Below are positions 23,747 to 36,994 of a DNA stretch of 64,000 nt, piece after piece. How positions within the stretch are numbered: the first letter of the stretch is position 1; each line of letters starts with the position of its first letter. Origin of the DNA: Calcarisporiella thermophila CBS 279.70 (Eukaryota; Fungi; Calcarisporiellomycota); NCBI RefSeq assembly GCF_041956535.1, contig NW_027192209.1, positions 136,092 to 200,091 of the forward strand, in the 5' to 3' direction. Below the pieces are notes generated by a model. It worked only from the letters and a program-made list of their open reading frames with translations. It did not search any database and was not told the origin of the DNA. Position numbers and translations under genes: made by a program.

Positions 23747-25931
23747 TTCAATATAATAAAAACTATGTGATAAAAGCAGGCTGGAAAGTATATACAATAT
23801 GAGAGGAAAAGACAATGGAATGCCTCTAATGCATCTCTTTTCCTTAAAATAAGCAAATACCCTTGTAGCTGCGTCTGTTATAATTTGCCCACTTTAGTTC
23901 AGTGTAATTTGGTTAACATCCCTGAAAAAATGTTAGGCTGAGCCCAATCTTTGGCCGTTCTTCAAACATCCTGATAGTTCAATCAAAACCTTAAAGAATA
24001 ACCCCCCTCCCATAAAATAGCTCTAAGCGAAGTTTTATCTACCATCTCATTATAGCTTCATTTGTGATCGCACTTTGGGATCCTGTAATGTTAAAACGGT
24101 AGTTTTTATTTGAATGGTTGTAAAATATAAACCTCTATCGACCACATCTTTTTTTTCATATCTACAGCAGCTTGCTAGAGAGAGAAATTTGGATTGAAAT
24201 ATATAAATATATAAAATTTTTATTATATTTTAACGCGCTCTCGTTGCCACTAGGTTAAATCCCTGATCTTTATTATTCTTCTAAAATAGCTATTTTAATT
24301 TAAATACTGTTTTACTAGGATCAAACTGACGGTTGTCGTGGCTATTTAGGGTTGCCTCAGTAATAAGAGAACACAAATAGAACAAATGCCTCGCATCGGG
24401 TTTTCTGGCTGCTGGCGTAATCCCACTATATTGAGAAGGTCGAGCACTGCGCTAGATCCCCTGTTAAATTGGATGTAATCAGGGATGATAGTCTGAGAGT
24501 GGAATTGTTACTCTTTATAGGTGGTGGAGACAATTTTCTTTACCACTAGAACTATATATGATTTAGCCTCGTCTCCGGCCATAGTTTAATGATCGAAAAA
24601 TCGATCTTGTCTCACCGACGGAAATACTGCCTTATTCTGCAAAAAGTGTTTAAGATGATCGGTATTAAGAAAAACAAAACAACATTTTTTGAGCACAGGG
24701 TTTTGGAAGCGGATTATGTCATGATCAAGGATTGCATTATACCCTCTTTGCCAGGTGCAGACTCTCTCTTTTTGAAGCAGTGGTGATATTCTATGGCCTC
24801 AAAGCAGGGGAACAGCATCGGGAATGGAGAGCATTGCTTGGAGTGCCATTTACCGCAAAGCATGTTTCCGGCTTGGATCGGAGCTATGGCAAGATTGACT
24901 TGCTTGGTTTTGTTTTCTATGGAATTCAAGCGTTGAAAGGCTAACTTGTTTCGACCCTTGAGTTGAATAAGTTTATTTCCTTCCTTCCACCCAGGGTTAT
25001 TATACTTACCCAAATTGGAATCGGCCGGGTCGATAAGATCGCATCCAAGCGTCTAGGTTGACATTGCATTTCTATCTCTTCACCGGCTCCATATAACCAA
25101 ATTGACATTCTGATGAACTGGATTCATAAATTTGATCTAGTCTGTGTGCACGCATCGCTGTAAGTATTTTGGACCGTTTTCATTCTATATTTTGTGATCA
25201 CTTTTTTCGCATCACTCAAACTAACGCAAGAGCAATCAAATTGTTGGTAATGCAATAAATATCCCACTAGGACAACATACTCCCCCTACTATCCATGCAT
25301 GAAGTTGAACCAATCTGGCGTAGCTGTAGGAAAGATTGTGATTTTTTAATCTCGCACATAATTAGAAATTGGTTTCATATGTTCTACCATGCAAGCTTAT
25401 TGGGGGATTTTCTAGGATAATACATCCTTGAAACCAATACATAAAAGAGACGCAGAGTTCAAGGCGGAACTTTTCATTGGGTGACCCCTTTTGCCTTGAA
25501 AAAGAAAGTATTAAGTTACTAGATGTCTTCATTTTGTCACCAGCGCACAGCCGAGCTCGCTGGTTGGTATCTAGCATTTTCCCATTTTGCTAGAAAAGGT
25601 GGAATCGAGTTATGGCGCAAGCCACAAGCTGTGTATTTCTCCCTAACTCTAATTGCCACCTGTTAAAAAAAATATGGTTTATTAGTGAATGAATGATTTT
25701 CTCTGCGTTTTTGTTTTTGTGGAGGAAGAAAAAAAAATAAAAGAAAGGTTGTTAGGGAGTTAGACGGGCATTCTTTTGAATACTTTATATCTTGTTCTTC
25801 TGTTCTTCTCTCCTCCTCACCTCACATCCCTTCTTACCGTCATAAGCTAAATACTACGTCCATTTATTTATTTCTATTTAAATTGTGTTATATTCTGTCA
25901 ATTCATTTTCCTTCCTTTTTGTTAGAAAACC

Positions 25932-27344
25932 ATGCCCGTTAAGACTGCCCTTATCCCACGTAGCCCCCTTACCGCCATAGAGGAAGAGCCCATTTCTGAC
26001 GATGACTGGCCCACTATTGAGCCTAACGGTCGCCCGCGTACCGCGCTGCAGCGATTGGCAGATTTTCTTGCCAACACTGGGCCGGAGCTTTCCGAAGCCT
26101 CCCCACCTCCTCAGCCTCCCCCCCCCATACGACCGGGAAAGGAGAAAAAGAAGAAGATATCCTTCTTCAGCCGCAACAAGAAGCCGTTCTCGACTCCTAT
26201 GATGCAATCGACGACTTCGGTACAAACCACCAAGACCACCGCAACGGCGTCCACGACCACTTCTCAAAAGTCGAACGGGAAAAAGTACGTCGCCATTGTC
26301 GTCGACTACACACGCGACGATCTCTTGGCCACCTCGATTACCCGGTCGAATACAAAGGCAAGCACAGGCACCACGAGATCGAGAGCCTCAAGCGTGGCGG
26401 AAACCATCGAGACTGCATCAATCAGGTCGTGGCGACCCCCCGCAGGAGAGACCGCGGTATCCAATTCAAAATTGAACCTGATGACTGAGGTGCGGGGAGC
26501 CGGATGGCCTACACCACCTCAAAGCCCCGCGACTCCTACCCTTCCACCTATGAAGCCGCCAATCGACCCTACCTCTCCCCCTGCTTCGGACAAGCTTGCC
26601 AAGAGCTATACCCAGGCACAAACGCAAACCAATGCTCCCTTCCAGCCGAAGCCCTACGATGCAGCGGATATGTCTGTGTTCAAACTTGCTCAATCATTTT
26701 TGCGTGCAGAGCAAGGGGCGAAGCCGGATGTGATTGAATTCGCTCTTAAAGAGCGGTTGAAAAATATGCCTCAGATAATTGGGGATGAACATACGAAGCT
26801 GTTAGAAGCGCAGGTAATAGGAGAGGAAGTGCTAGGCGAGTTAAAGGGTGAGAAGAGGCGGAGAAGAAATGGAGTGCGACATGTGCAGATTCAAACGCAA
26901 GAAGATCTGGGTTGGACAACGAAAAGAAGCATTTGTACGCAAACGACGAATAACGGCATGGCAGACGAAAAACCCGAGCGCACGGATAAGGGGGTAGAAA
27001 GTCAAAACGCGGTTGGGAACGGACATGGAAAAGGGGATAGTGAAGAGACGGTGTCCTCTCTCCGTGCCCAAGTGCAAGCTCTAACTCGAGAACTAGAGGA
27101 GACTCGCCGTGCACTTGCCGCCGAAAAACGATCAAAATCACGCTGGATTGCCGCCGCCAATGCCACACGTGCTCATTTTGATCGGCTTAGCGGGGATGCC
27201 TATTTGAAAATTCGAGAACTTGCGAGTGAGAAAGACGTGTTCGCCCAGCAGATCAGGGACCTAACCAAGAGTCTAGAGCGGGTAGTGCAAGCACCCAATG
27301 GAACAGCGAACAGCAAGAGAATGAGCTACTTAAAATGGGGATAG
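25932..27344 (+). CDS. Hypothetical disordered protein with LADFLANTGP motif, TQT-type motifs and C-terminal coiled coil
   Basis: 470-aa intronless ORF; Pro/Thr-rich; heptad-rich VSSLRAQVQALTRELEETRRALAAEK...FAQQIRDLTKSLE. Confidence 0.8.
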   Translation: MPVKTALIPRSPLTAIEEEPISDDDWPTIEPNGRPRTALQRLADFLANTGPELSEASPPPQPPPPIRPGKEKKKKISFFSRNKKPFSTPMMQSTTSVQTTKTTATASTTTSQKSNGKKYVAIVVDYTRDDLLATSITRSNTKASTGTTRSRASSVAETIETASIRSWRPPAGETAVSNSKLNLMTEVRGAGWPTPPQSPATPTLPPMKPPIDPTSPPASDKLAKSYTQAQTQTNAPFQPKPYDAADMSVFKLAQSFLRAEQGAKPDVIEFALKERLKNMPQIIGDEHTKLLEAQVIGEEVLGELKGEKRRRRNGVRHVQIQTQEDLGWTTKRSICTQTTNNGMADEKPERTDKGVESQNAVGNGHGKGDSEETVSSLRAQVQALTRELEETRRALAAEKRSKSRWIAAANATRAHFDRLSGDAYLKIRELASEKDVFAQQIRDLTKSLERVVQAPNGTANSKRMSYLKWG

Positions 27345-27643
27345 ACGATATTCCGATGACCACTAGGGGCGGTCAAACCCGGCCATTTTCAACCACACAA
27401 TCCTTCCCATTCAATGCATTTGCCTTTTGTACATGACTCTTGCACTATTTCGTTTTTTATATTTGTCGCTATTTGATTAGCTTCTTTTTTTTTATTATGT
27501 AAGTTTAGGATTGCTCTTTTATCTCTTATGGTGTGAATTTATCATTCTATGCTTGACAATTCAAATAAACAATAAAAAAATATATGTATTAAGCTTAACT
27601 CAATTAGGATGACTAGTATGAGAAGTATTGCACGTGGTATCCA

Positions 27644-30237
27644 TCACATCTCTAACCCTTTTAAAGCCCGTGTTACCTCTTTCCACTGTTCCTGTTCCTC
27701 TTTGCTCTGTGCTTGGATTCTTTCTGCAATCGTCCCTCGGATTCTTTCAGCCTCGGGCGACCGGGCCTGCTCCACACATGCTAGCAGCCGTACGCAAAAC
27801 GTGGTTGCGTTCGCACGCATTTCTTTTGGGTAGGCGATGGTGCCCTCTGCGTTTTTACCCTCAGCAATTTGTAGTACGGCATCAATAAGCGTGGTGGGCA
27901 AAGTTGTGGTACCTTCGCTGGGAGTTTCGCTGTTAGTGGAGGTAGAAGGAGTTGGTATAGTAAAAAGAGCCCCGATCACAGGATGCCCTCCTTCTGAATT
28001 GGAGACATAGGAATCTGTTGTCAAAACGGCGAGTGCTATCAGCCCTTCATTCTGCAGCACAGGATATTTACTCTGTCGAATGAGATCGGCGAGCGGGGAT
28101 ATTACATCAGAGGAGAGTAGGCGGTTACGTACTTTGACAATAGCGGCATGAGAAGTTGTGCTTTCTAGCGACATTACATAAAAAAATTAGAGTGATGGCT
28201 ACGCTAGAAAGCCCTATGAATGAACATACCCTGACTCCACACTGCCTTCACGATATTCACAAGCACTCGAGCACCCTCGCTTTTAATAGGTATTTCATCT
28301 GATCGCTTCATCAAGCCTAACAATCTCTCCAGGGGCGTCGCCTCCTGCACGCCCTCCCGGGGTGCCAAGGATTCATGCTGTTCGAGGTCATGACCCGCCA
28401 CAACACGAACTGCATTGCTAAGGTTATTAAGGCACAAATGCTTCAAAATTCCCACCACACCAAATTGTAGCGGTTTGACTGTATCAAGCTCAAGCAGAGG
28501 GGCAATGGTTTGTATAACACCAGCATCTCCGAGAACAGGCTTGTTTTCGTCTAATGAGCAATAAGGCTGTTCCAGTAAAGTCCAATATTACAAATGGAAA
28601 TACTGAAGAACCTACTTGGTAGACACAGGTTTTTAAGTAGACTGACTACGGCGTGCTGTGTCCGAATGTCACTTGTTTCACGAAGAATGGCCAATAATCC
28701 TGGAAGTATCTTGTGTTTGTGGATAAGCTCGATACAATGTGCATCTGCAAGAGGTTGAAAATCATCAATTTCAAGTTGGAAAGGGCCAGAAGTAACTCGG
28801 CATATACTATCATACCAGAGCGAGCCATATTCCCTAAACATAATGCACCACACATCCTGAGATCATCGCGTTCATTAGCCAACCATGCGATAAATAAGTC
28901 CAAATATCTCCCGTCCGAATATAAAGGCTCCATATTTGCATCTGTTAATGCCAGAAATGGTACATAAAAAATGCCATTGTCGTGTCAGAGTATAAGTGCA
29001 TATTACCACACAGCGTAATGGAAATTGCAATTTTTACGAGGCGGCCACGCAATACATTGAAGAACTTTTGGTCCTCATGGTCTGCTTCGGCAGGGAGGGC
29101 GGCATTCTGAATGAAGGAGAGAAGGGGGTAATAGACGTCGTGCTCGATGAATTGAGCCCGGAGATTATCTAGTAGTTAATAGAAAATCAAGATCAATACG
29201 TTTCGCTATTACATTGGGGGCTTGTTATTGTTTGAATTGTACCATTCTCGCATACAAAATAATCAATCACTTCTGCAACTCCATCCATCAGCTCCACATC
29301 TAAAGGCTCTGATTGCAGTAGCTTTACTAGTGGGGTTACAAAATTATACGCAGCAAAGGAATCCGGTGCATTTTGCACAAGGATACTCAGGAGTTGAAGG
29401 GCGAGGGAAGTCGTGTCGTTATTCTGGGTAATGAGGCGGACAAGAGACTTTTGAATATCTTTGGTGATAAACTGTTTTTGAGCAGGTTCTATCCCAAAGA
29501 CCTTAGTATTAAAAAAAGACAAAAAAAAGAATCTGCATGTATTGTAAATATACCATAGTCTGCACATAGGTTAAGGGTAGCTCCACATGCAGATCGAATT
29601 ACTTGTGCTTCAGGAGTGCAGTCGAAACATAGTAGGATTACTTCCGCACCGCCAACATCAAGTACCCGCTGTCTATTCTCATCTACACAAGGAACAGTCA
29701 TGTTAACAATATGTGCCGATTAGCATTATGAAAGAAAATACCATTTTCGATACAAGTATTTCCAATTGCTCTAAGGCACTGAAGCATCGCAACATCCTGT
29801 TTTTGCTCTATTGCTAGCCTGAGCACCTTTACAAATGCATCGAGAACTCCTGAGTCTCCAATAGGCTTTCTCCGGGATTCTGTGCTCAAAAATGATCATC
29901 AGTTAACGAAGTTTAAAATAAGCAGGAAAAATCGACATACCTTGACGCGAGGCGTTCCCGCACATTTCCGCGGCAGTGATTATCTGTTTCCATAGCTCAC
30001 TGCGAGAAGTATCCGCCGTCGCCTCGGAGGTGAGCAGCGTTAAAGCATTATTAAGACAAGAGAGAAGTGTGCTCAAATGCAACTGTATGTTTGCATCTAA
30101 TTGGTCAGCTGTGTTTTCGAGGTTTGAATTAATTAACTTGTACCGTGATAGGCATGAAGAGATGTGTGCTATTTACCATTAGCCATCTCTAGGTTGGAGA
30201 GAAAGTTTCTCCATTCTTCTACAGCCATCTCTGCCAT
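27644..30237 (-). CDS. ARM-repeat GTPase-GDP dissociation stimulator (SmgGDS/RAP1GDS1/Bem4-like)
   Basis: QCLRAIGNTCIEN|DENRQRVLDVGG, ACGATLNLCADY, CGALCLGNMARSD, TQHAVVSLLKNLCLP, IKSEGARVLVNIVK, YPVLQNEGLIALAVL; about 10 exons; start MAEMAVEEW estimated. Confidence 0.85.
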
Positions 30238-30459
30238 TGTGTCAATTAGTCCAACGTTAAATACTTTGTGCGAAATATACTTAATTCGATACAATGAATT
30301 TGGCATTTTCTCCGGTGTATCATTTCAATTTGGAATATCCCCTCTAGATTCAGATATGCCTGTATGATAATGGTGTCGAACAAATCACCTAAGATTAGCA
30401 CCTAGCGAAGCATCATTCGGAAACTCGTCTATGCTTAAAGAAGTCCATCCATTATAATA

Positions 30460-30493
30460 ATCAATTGCTGCCTAACGTTAGGCAGCAATTGAT
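30460..30493. repeat. Perfect 34-bp palindrome
   Basis: atcaattgctgcctaac|gttaggcagcaattgat; the arms are exact reverse complements with no spacer. Confidence 0.95.
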
Positions 30494-31635
30494 AAGGACG
30501 CTCAGGCAAGATAGAGCTATTTATCACTCGCCTTCATGGCATATTGACAACGATGTACCTCTGAATGATTGAATATACGCTAAGACATTCTTTCGAGAAT
30601 AGCTTTCTGGGAAAAACTGATTGTGTTTGACGAAGTAATTGGTGCAGCAAGATGGTTTCGAGCTAGAGCTATACGTCTGAGGGATCGTTAATTATATTGA
30701 GTATACTTTGTCAGCTTCAGATTGAGGAATGTTAAAACCTCGAATTGTACTCAAATCCATGTGCTGAATAGTTATGGATACACTTTTTGGCTTTTTTTGG
30801 TTTTGGTCTTATTATATTTGTATATGTAGAATTGGTAGCAGCCCAAGCTCCTCTGAGAATATTCGAGATAATTTCTAGTAAAATTGAATTTGGCTATATC
30901 CAAGTCGATGAGGTGTCAAAATGGGTTTGTCCTGACTTTTTCCAAAAAAAAAAACCCATCTGAAAAATAATTCCATGCATCGATGGTAACGAGTCTTCCT
31001 CGGCATTGAATGCCATGATTATTAATTGATATAGTATCTGTCTCAATCCCAATCTTCTAGTCTGCTCTATTCAATTTTCAAAGTCTTTTACTTGTAATTG
31101 TCCTTGTGATCTGTACATGCACCTACGTACGAGCTCAAGCACCATCCCTTCTCGATCGCAATAAAACTGGGTAATTCCCCCCTTTTGCTTTATAAATCTA
31201 GAGTTTTTCAGATGCTAATTCATTCCGTGTGTTTTTTTTTGGAGAGCAGATTCTTGGGTGTATTCTGGAAAGCGGCACGGATAGGTAAGAAATGCTGGCT
31301 CTGCAATAGGAGAGAATGAATAACAATAAAAGGGTGTGAATTTTAGGCGAGCGTTTAAGCCCGTATGTTTCGTTGGTGTGCATAATAATGGCAGTTAGCA
31401 TTTTGATAGCGTAGCTTATTATTACATGTAATCTTTACTAATTTTATAAATAATCTCATAAATAGTCTGGGAAATGACTTTTTATATTTGCAATATGAGG
31501 GAGAAAAAAAATATAAAAAAAAGTATACCAGTATAAAAAAAAGTGAATAAAGAAATTGATTAATGGTTAAGGCAGAATAAATACGATCTAAAAAAACAAA
31601 TTAAGACTACAGATATGCATTATGTTGTATACTCC

Positions 31636-34597
31636 TTAAAATTGCAGCGAAAAGTTGGTAATTTCTTGTGTGGAGGAGTGGTTCTGAGTTGTTGCCGCCC
31701 CAGAGTTCTCCTCTGACCATTCCAGCATATTCCCCCCGTCCACGTTCACACCGCTTGAAAGGTTTGAGTCGGAAAAGGTTTGAAGTAACGGCCTCCAGTT
31801 AGTGAAGGGATTAATGCTCAGAAATAGGGACGGGCTCATCATTGGTATCGGTACGCCGAAGATCGAGTCAAATCCGCTGGTTAAGGTTGCTGAGCCGTTA
31901 TATGGGGGAATATTGGGGATAGGACTCTCAAAGAATTGCCCCGAAGTCGACACGCCGTAGTGTCCAGGAGCAAGCATGCCCCCCATTGATGCGGCGCCGG
32001 ATCGATAAAATGAGTCGAGTTTTGCCTTCAAAATACCGGGATGTCCCACCGATGAAGAAGCAACACCATCTCGCGACACCGTATTTTCGTCTCCCTTGCT
32101 TGTCGAGCTGTCATGCTCGACGCCAGTCGGAGCAGTGGAGGCTGACTTGGATTTTGCGCAGTAAATCTGATAAGAATCTAGCAACATTTCATGGATCCAT
32201 ACCGCCACCCCCCACAATTCCCTCGCCTGTGCAAGTAGTTTGATTGCACACTCGACCTTCTCACGCGAGTGCAACTTTTCCTCTTCCTCCACTACAACAG
32301 CCTCCTCCCCATCCTTACTTTTACTGCCCGAGATTGAAGCCTCCAGCACCTGGAGATGGATCGCAGCCGCCACGTAGACACAGTTGCATGCATAGCCCGA
32401 TATCCCTTTCATTTCCTCGGGGGTCAGCTCTGCTAACAAATCAATCATGATATTCGAGCTTCTCAGACAATTCCGGGTTGCCGTCTCCACAAGCGTGCTC
32501 ATAGGCCTGGTAGTCCCACTCCGTTTCCCAGTCCCATCCGCCCGGAAATAACGCCGGTGTAGGAGAATAATTACCATGTGGTAAAACACGTGCATTAGAA
32601 TATAGCAAGATTCGCCACGCTCAACAGCAAAATTCTCGGGTGTGAATTGGAGATGTGATGGCAAGGAGATCGCCCACGAACTGATAGAGGCGTCAAGTCG
32701 AGTAAGTTCGGCGAAATAGGAGTGAGAATTAATGGGGAGGTTGCGATTGACAAATTGCACCACTCTTCCTAGGAGCGCAATTATTTTCACTAGATAGGCT
32801 AGCCTGCTTAGGGGCTTTCTACTTGTGTCAGCGCTGTTCTGTGGGCCTTGCTCCCGCTGATTTTCTTCGCGTCCGTTGAATCGCTCGGTAACTACCTCTC
32901 GTTCCTCCTCGAAATCTTTATCATCCGTGGGAAGCCACAAATCGCAATCCTGTTCAGAAATTGTCTGTGGGCGCCCTGTTGCGGCCGACGAGTAGCGATC
33001 TACCAGAAAACAGACCCAGAAACACCGCCGCCGAGCTTCTTGCTCAATCCAGCTTCGACCGGCCGTAGAATGTTGGCGAGTAAAATGGCACTGGGGGGAG
33101 TTTTCGCGGTGCAGGCCAAGCTCCTGCGCCATCCTAAATTTTCGTCCCCCAATAATAGAAAAGGATTTAGAAATATCAGTTCACTATAGGAATTATGAAT
33201 ATTTGAAATAAAAACGCTCACCGTATTGCTGTTCCGGTGAGCATCCATGCTCGCGGCGCACGTGCACAGCCGATCTCATGCATGCCTAAAATGAGCAGAG
33301 CTTGCACCGTGGCAGTCGAGGGGTCATCCAGCGACTTATGAATAAGAGCTCGCGCTTTTTCGGAAAACACGTCTCCAGAGGTCCAACGTGGTAAATTAGG
33401 ATCGGTTGGTTCCAAAAACCTGCGACAATAAAAAACAAGGCAAATAACAAAAAACATTAGGTTATCTACAGATATTGGAGGAAGAAATATATTTATATAC
33501 CGCGAAGAGACAGCCATTATGCTGTATAACAGTATAGGAGACACCTGACCCCGAGCGAACTGTCGCCAAAACGTGGGTGGATGTATCATGGGCATGGTGG
33601 GCCAGATGTACTTAAAGAAATAGCCCAATAGTTCCACAGTTTGCTCCGGGCCCAACGCCCTCCCAATAACAGCCATATTCTCGTTTAATCTAGCCGAGGC
33701 GAAGCCATGTGGAGAATCGATTTTAGCATTTCGCTGGCGACCACCGTCAGACTTAGGGAGTTTGAGGGCATTTGGTGACGAACTAGAGCTCGAGGGAAGG
33801 GGGGATATGCCGCTGATATCTTTAGCGCGTACTTCACAAACCTTCGATTGTTTTGATAAAGCAAACGAGGAAGTTTCTCCAAAGAAAAGCCGAATCTCTT
33901 CTTCCTCCTCTTCCTCCTCTTCTTCTCCCTCCGTACCCTCTTTCTTCTCCTTTTCCAGCCTTCCCGCCTGGCTCCCATTCCAGGGTGCTCTTTCTTCTCC
34001 TTCCCAGTTCATTCTTCTCTCAGAGCTCCTCTCGTTTTCAGAAACCTCGTCCATTACGTGCTGCAAAGCTGGAGGAAAATAGGTGGTGATAGGCTTACTC
34101 GTCTCTTTCAATGAGATGGATGTAGGCCCATTCATGCGAATTGGTTCCCTACGATCATTGGATGGGACAGGAATGTAATCGTGCGGAAGAAATGACCATT
34201 CTTTTTGCCGCGATTGTGGCGAGAGATTTCCCGTCAAGGGCGCAGAATTTGGCTCGACCTCATAGCTCTCTGTCGGTGTGCCAAGATTGTCCGGTATTGA
34301 CTCCGGCTTAACGTTATCATTTTCATTCCCACACAATGGGGCTACTAGCTTTTCCATCTCTGCTAACCTTCGCTCAAGTTGTTCGATGTATCCACTTCTT
34401 GGCCCACGCTTCTTTCCACTGGCTAAGTACTCACATTTGACCTTTGCTTTAGCGCAATTACCGCACGGATTCGTACCGTCACATTTTATTTTCTTTCGGC
34501 GACATGATTCACATGCTAAAGTTAATCGCTTGCGCTTTTTAGAATTTTCTGAAGACTGGGATGGATCAGGAGGATGTGCAGGTCCATGCGAAAACAT
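31636..34597 (-). CDS. Zn(II)2Cys6 fungal transcription factor with Fungal_trans middle domain
   Basis: ACESCRRKKIKCDGTNPCGNCAKAKVKCEY, KKRGPRSGYIEQLERRL, YFFKYIWPTMPMIHPPTF, AWMLTGTAIR|MAQELGLHRE, EARRRCFWVCFLVDR. Confidence 0.96.
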
Positions 34598-34939
34598 GCT
34601 ATTTACTAATGCGTAAACATAAAAAAATTACTGAGCAATCACGCAATGGCAGTGTGAAGATTTATGGTACATAGGATGCCCTCGATATTGATACTTTGAA
34701 ATGAAAAAGAAGAGAAAATTGAATGGCACAGTAGAGGGTGGCTGACTCATCCCTTTCCTAACCGTAGCCGGAACATCAGATTATCTAGGCCATTTTGACT
34801 ATCCTGGACAATTTATTAAGATTTTGTGTAATATTCGAATTTTTTTCTTTTGGTTGAAAAAGAAAGATATACAAGGCTACTTGTTCACTTTATACAATAA
34901 CAACAACAATAACAACAAGTCTATTCCCGTTTTCCCCCA

Positions 34940-36364
34940 CTATTGGAGCGTAGCTCCATTGGGACAGGCAAAATCGAATCGAGCCCGGTGCATTTCCATC
35001 ACTGCTAAATAATTAAGATACATACCCGCCCACACACATAAGTGCCATAGTTGATGCGAGTGCAGCACAAAATCGAATTTTCCTGGCAACCATCGCTCAG
35101 GCCACCTCACCGCGAGTATAATCACGCCAAGTCCGAACATTTCGAAAGCTGAAAAACCTGTAGCCAGCCAGCCCAGAGTTTTCATCACTCCTTGCACATA
35201 CATGAGATGGAAAATGGGAATGAATAGAGTGCAAAAGTGTGCAATAAAGAATGCGTGGCGGTGACTTTCACCGATTCGGTTGTTGAACTGAGGAAAACAT
35301 GGGCAAACGATACTAATGATGCCGAGAATACCAGTCCCAAGCATATAGGAGAATCTTATAAGCGGATTGCAGTAGAATCCATAGTACTCTATAACCAGAA
35401 TACTAGCACATATGGATACTGAGATACCGATATAGTCCAGGCAAAGGCAATATCGTGCAATCTTTAGGTGAGCTGAGGGGTTAGTCAGCAAGACGTATCA
35501 CATAACCTCATGGAAGAGCAATCTCTATTTACCAATATGCATGAATGTATGATACATTATTGAACAGACAAAACACTTAGCCACTGCAGCCATGAACACC
35601 CCCACTACAAATCTATCGACCCACACATTCGAAAATTCGGATGAGCTAAGCTCAAAAATCCCAACATAAGTGAAGAAAGCGAGCGCGACGAGATGCGTCC
35701 AGATATTCCCTGGCAATGGCATCAGAATAAAGCAGTCATTTCAACCTTTTCCAACATTTCGAGAAGAGCGCTCAATCCACATACCTGACTCGTTATGGAT
35801 GTAGAATATAGATCGGATACAATCCCACGGAGAACACAAGAATCGATATCCGGTCAAAATGTGTTTATTGTGTTGCCATTCCACTGGCAATTCATTAAGT
35901 GTCAGCAGTCTTTCAGCTCCCTTGGCCGCTGCTCTCCTTACCTCCTCCAGCTTATCTTCCACTTGTTCAACGCTGCACTCCATTCCCCGCAATATTGAAC
36001 CTCCAGTCTTTGCGCTGTCACAATCGAGCGCTAATTCCTCCAACTCAGCATATTTCTGTTCCAAAACGCTAAGGGTTGCCCTGAGACGCTCGCGGACCGG
36101 AAGCGAGAGGGAGGAGAAACTCGGCACAAGTAATAGAAAGAAAGAAACCTTAGCGCTCAAAGGGAGCCCCTCAAATTGAGAATAGCGCTGCTCGAGATCG
36201 TTGAGAATACGGTCCATATTCAGTAAGCGTTCTCTGGTCGAATGACCAAAGGCATGCAGCCGAACCAGAATCTTCTTTGAGAGGAGATCGAGATGCTCTA
36301 CCGCTACCGGAGCCAAGTATGCAATCCTGGATGCATGGTAAGGACCGTTGAGGAGCTTCTCCAT
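34940..36364 (-). CDS. PAQR/HlyIII-family membrane receptor (Izh3/AdipoR-like)
   Basis: LPVEWQHNKHILTGYR, SIFYIHNES|GNIWTH, CSIMYHTF, CLDYIGIS, RWPERWLPGKFDFVLHSHQLWH; long helical N-terminus as in Izh3-type proteins. Confidence 0.93.
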
Positions 36365-36850
36365 GTCTTGATTTAAACCCAGAATGAGAGTCTGGAGAGT
36401 ATGAATGAGCGAAATTACAGTGTAGGTCTGGCCTTGCAGGAAAAAAGTCGCGAAGAAAGACCGCGAAATAAAATTAATACGTGTAAATTAATCGAGTTTC
36501 AGAAAGGGTAATACCGGTGAATATTCAGTGATTTCCATAAATCCCCAGCCAAGGCTGATCATTTCCCGGGCATTGGGTGGTGTATTTTACGCTAAGTTTT
36601 CTACCACAACCTTCCTTGGGACGAATGAGAGCGAGCTGAATCTCCCAGCATATCATGTTGTGCTCCCGCCTGCAATGCGCCCTCTACTTGATCCGGCTCA
36701 TCCCTATTTGTCCTAATTAATCCTTGCATAGCTCAAAATTTTATCCCAGTCTACATAAATACATCGCCTTCCTCGCGGTGGAATTTTTTATTTTTGTTTT
36801 TTTTTTATCACACAGCCCTACGTATACCACCATCTCTTGCAATTTCAACC

Positions 36851-36994
36851 ATGAATCTTGTAAATTTAATTGTCCTTCTGGCCTTGATTTCATGTCTGGT
36901 CATCGCTGCCCCCCTGCCTCTCAAGGGTATTGAGTGTGCGGCGAGTGGTCCGCCATCTCCCTCGTGCCGAAAGGTGGATGCACGGCAAAACTAA
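36851..36994 (+). CDS. Small secreted Cys-loop peptide precursor A (47 aa)
   Basis: MNLVNLIVLLALISCLVIA-APLPLKGIECAASGPPSPSCRKVDARQN; good start context (caaccATG), TACATAAA TATA-like box about 100 nt upstream, clean signal peptide. Confidence 0.65.
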   Translation: MNLVNLIVLLALISCLVIAAPLPLKGIECAASGPPSPSCRKVDARQN

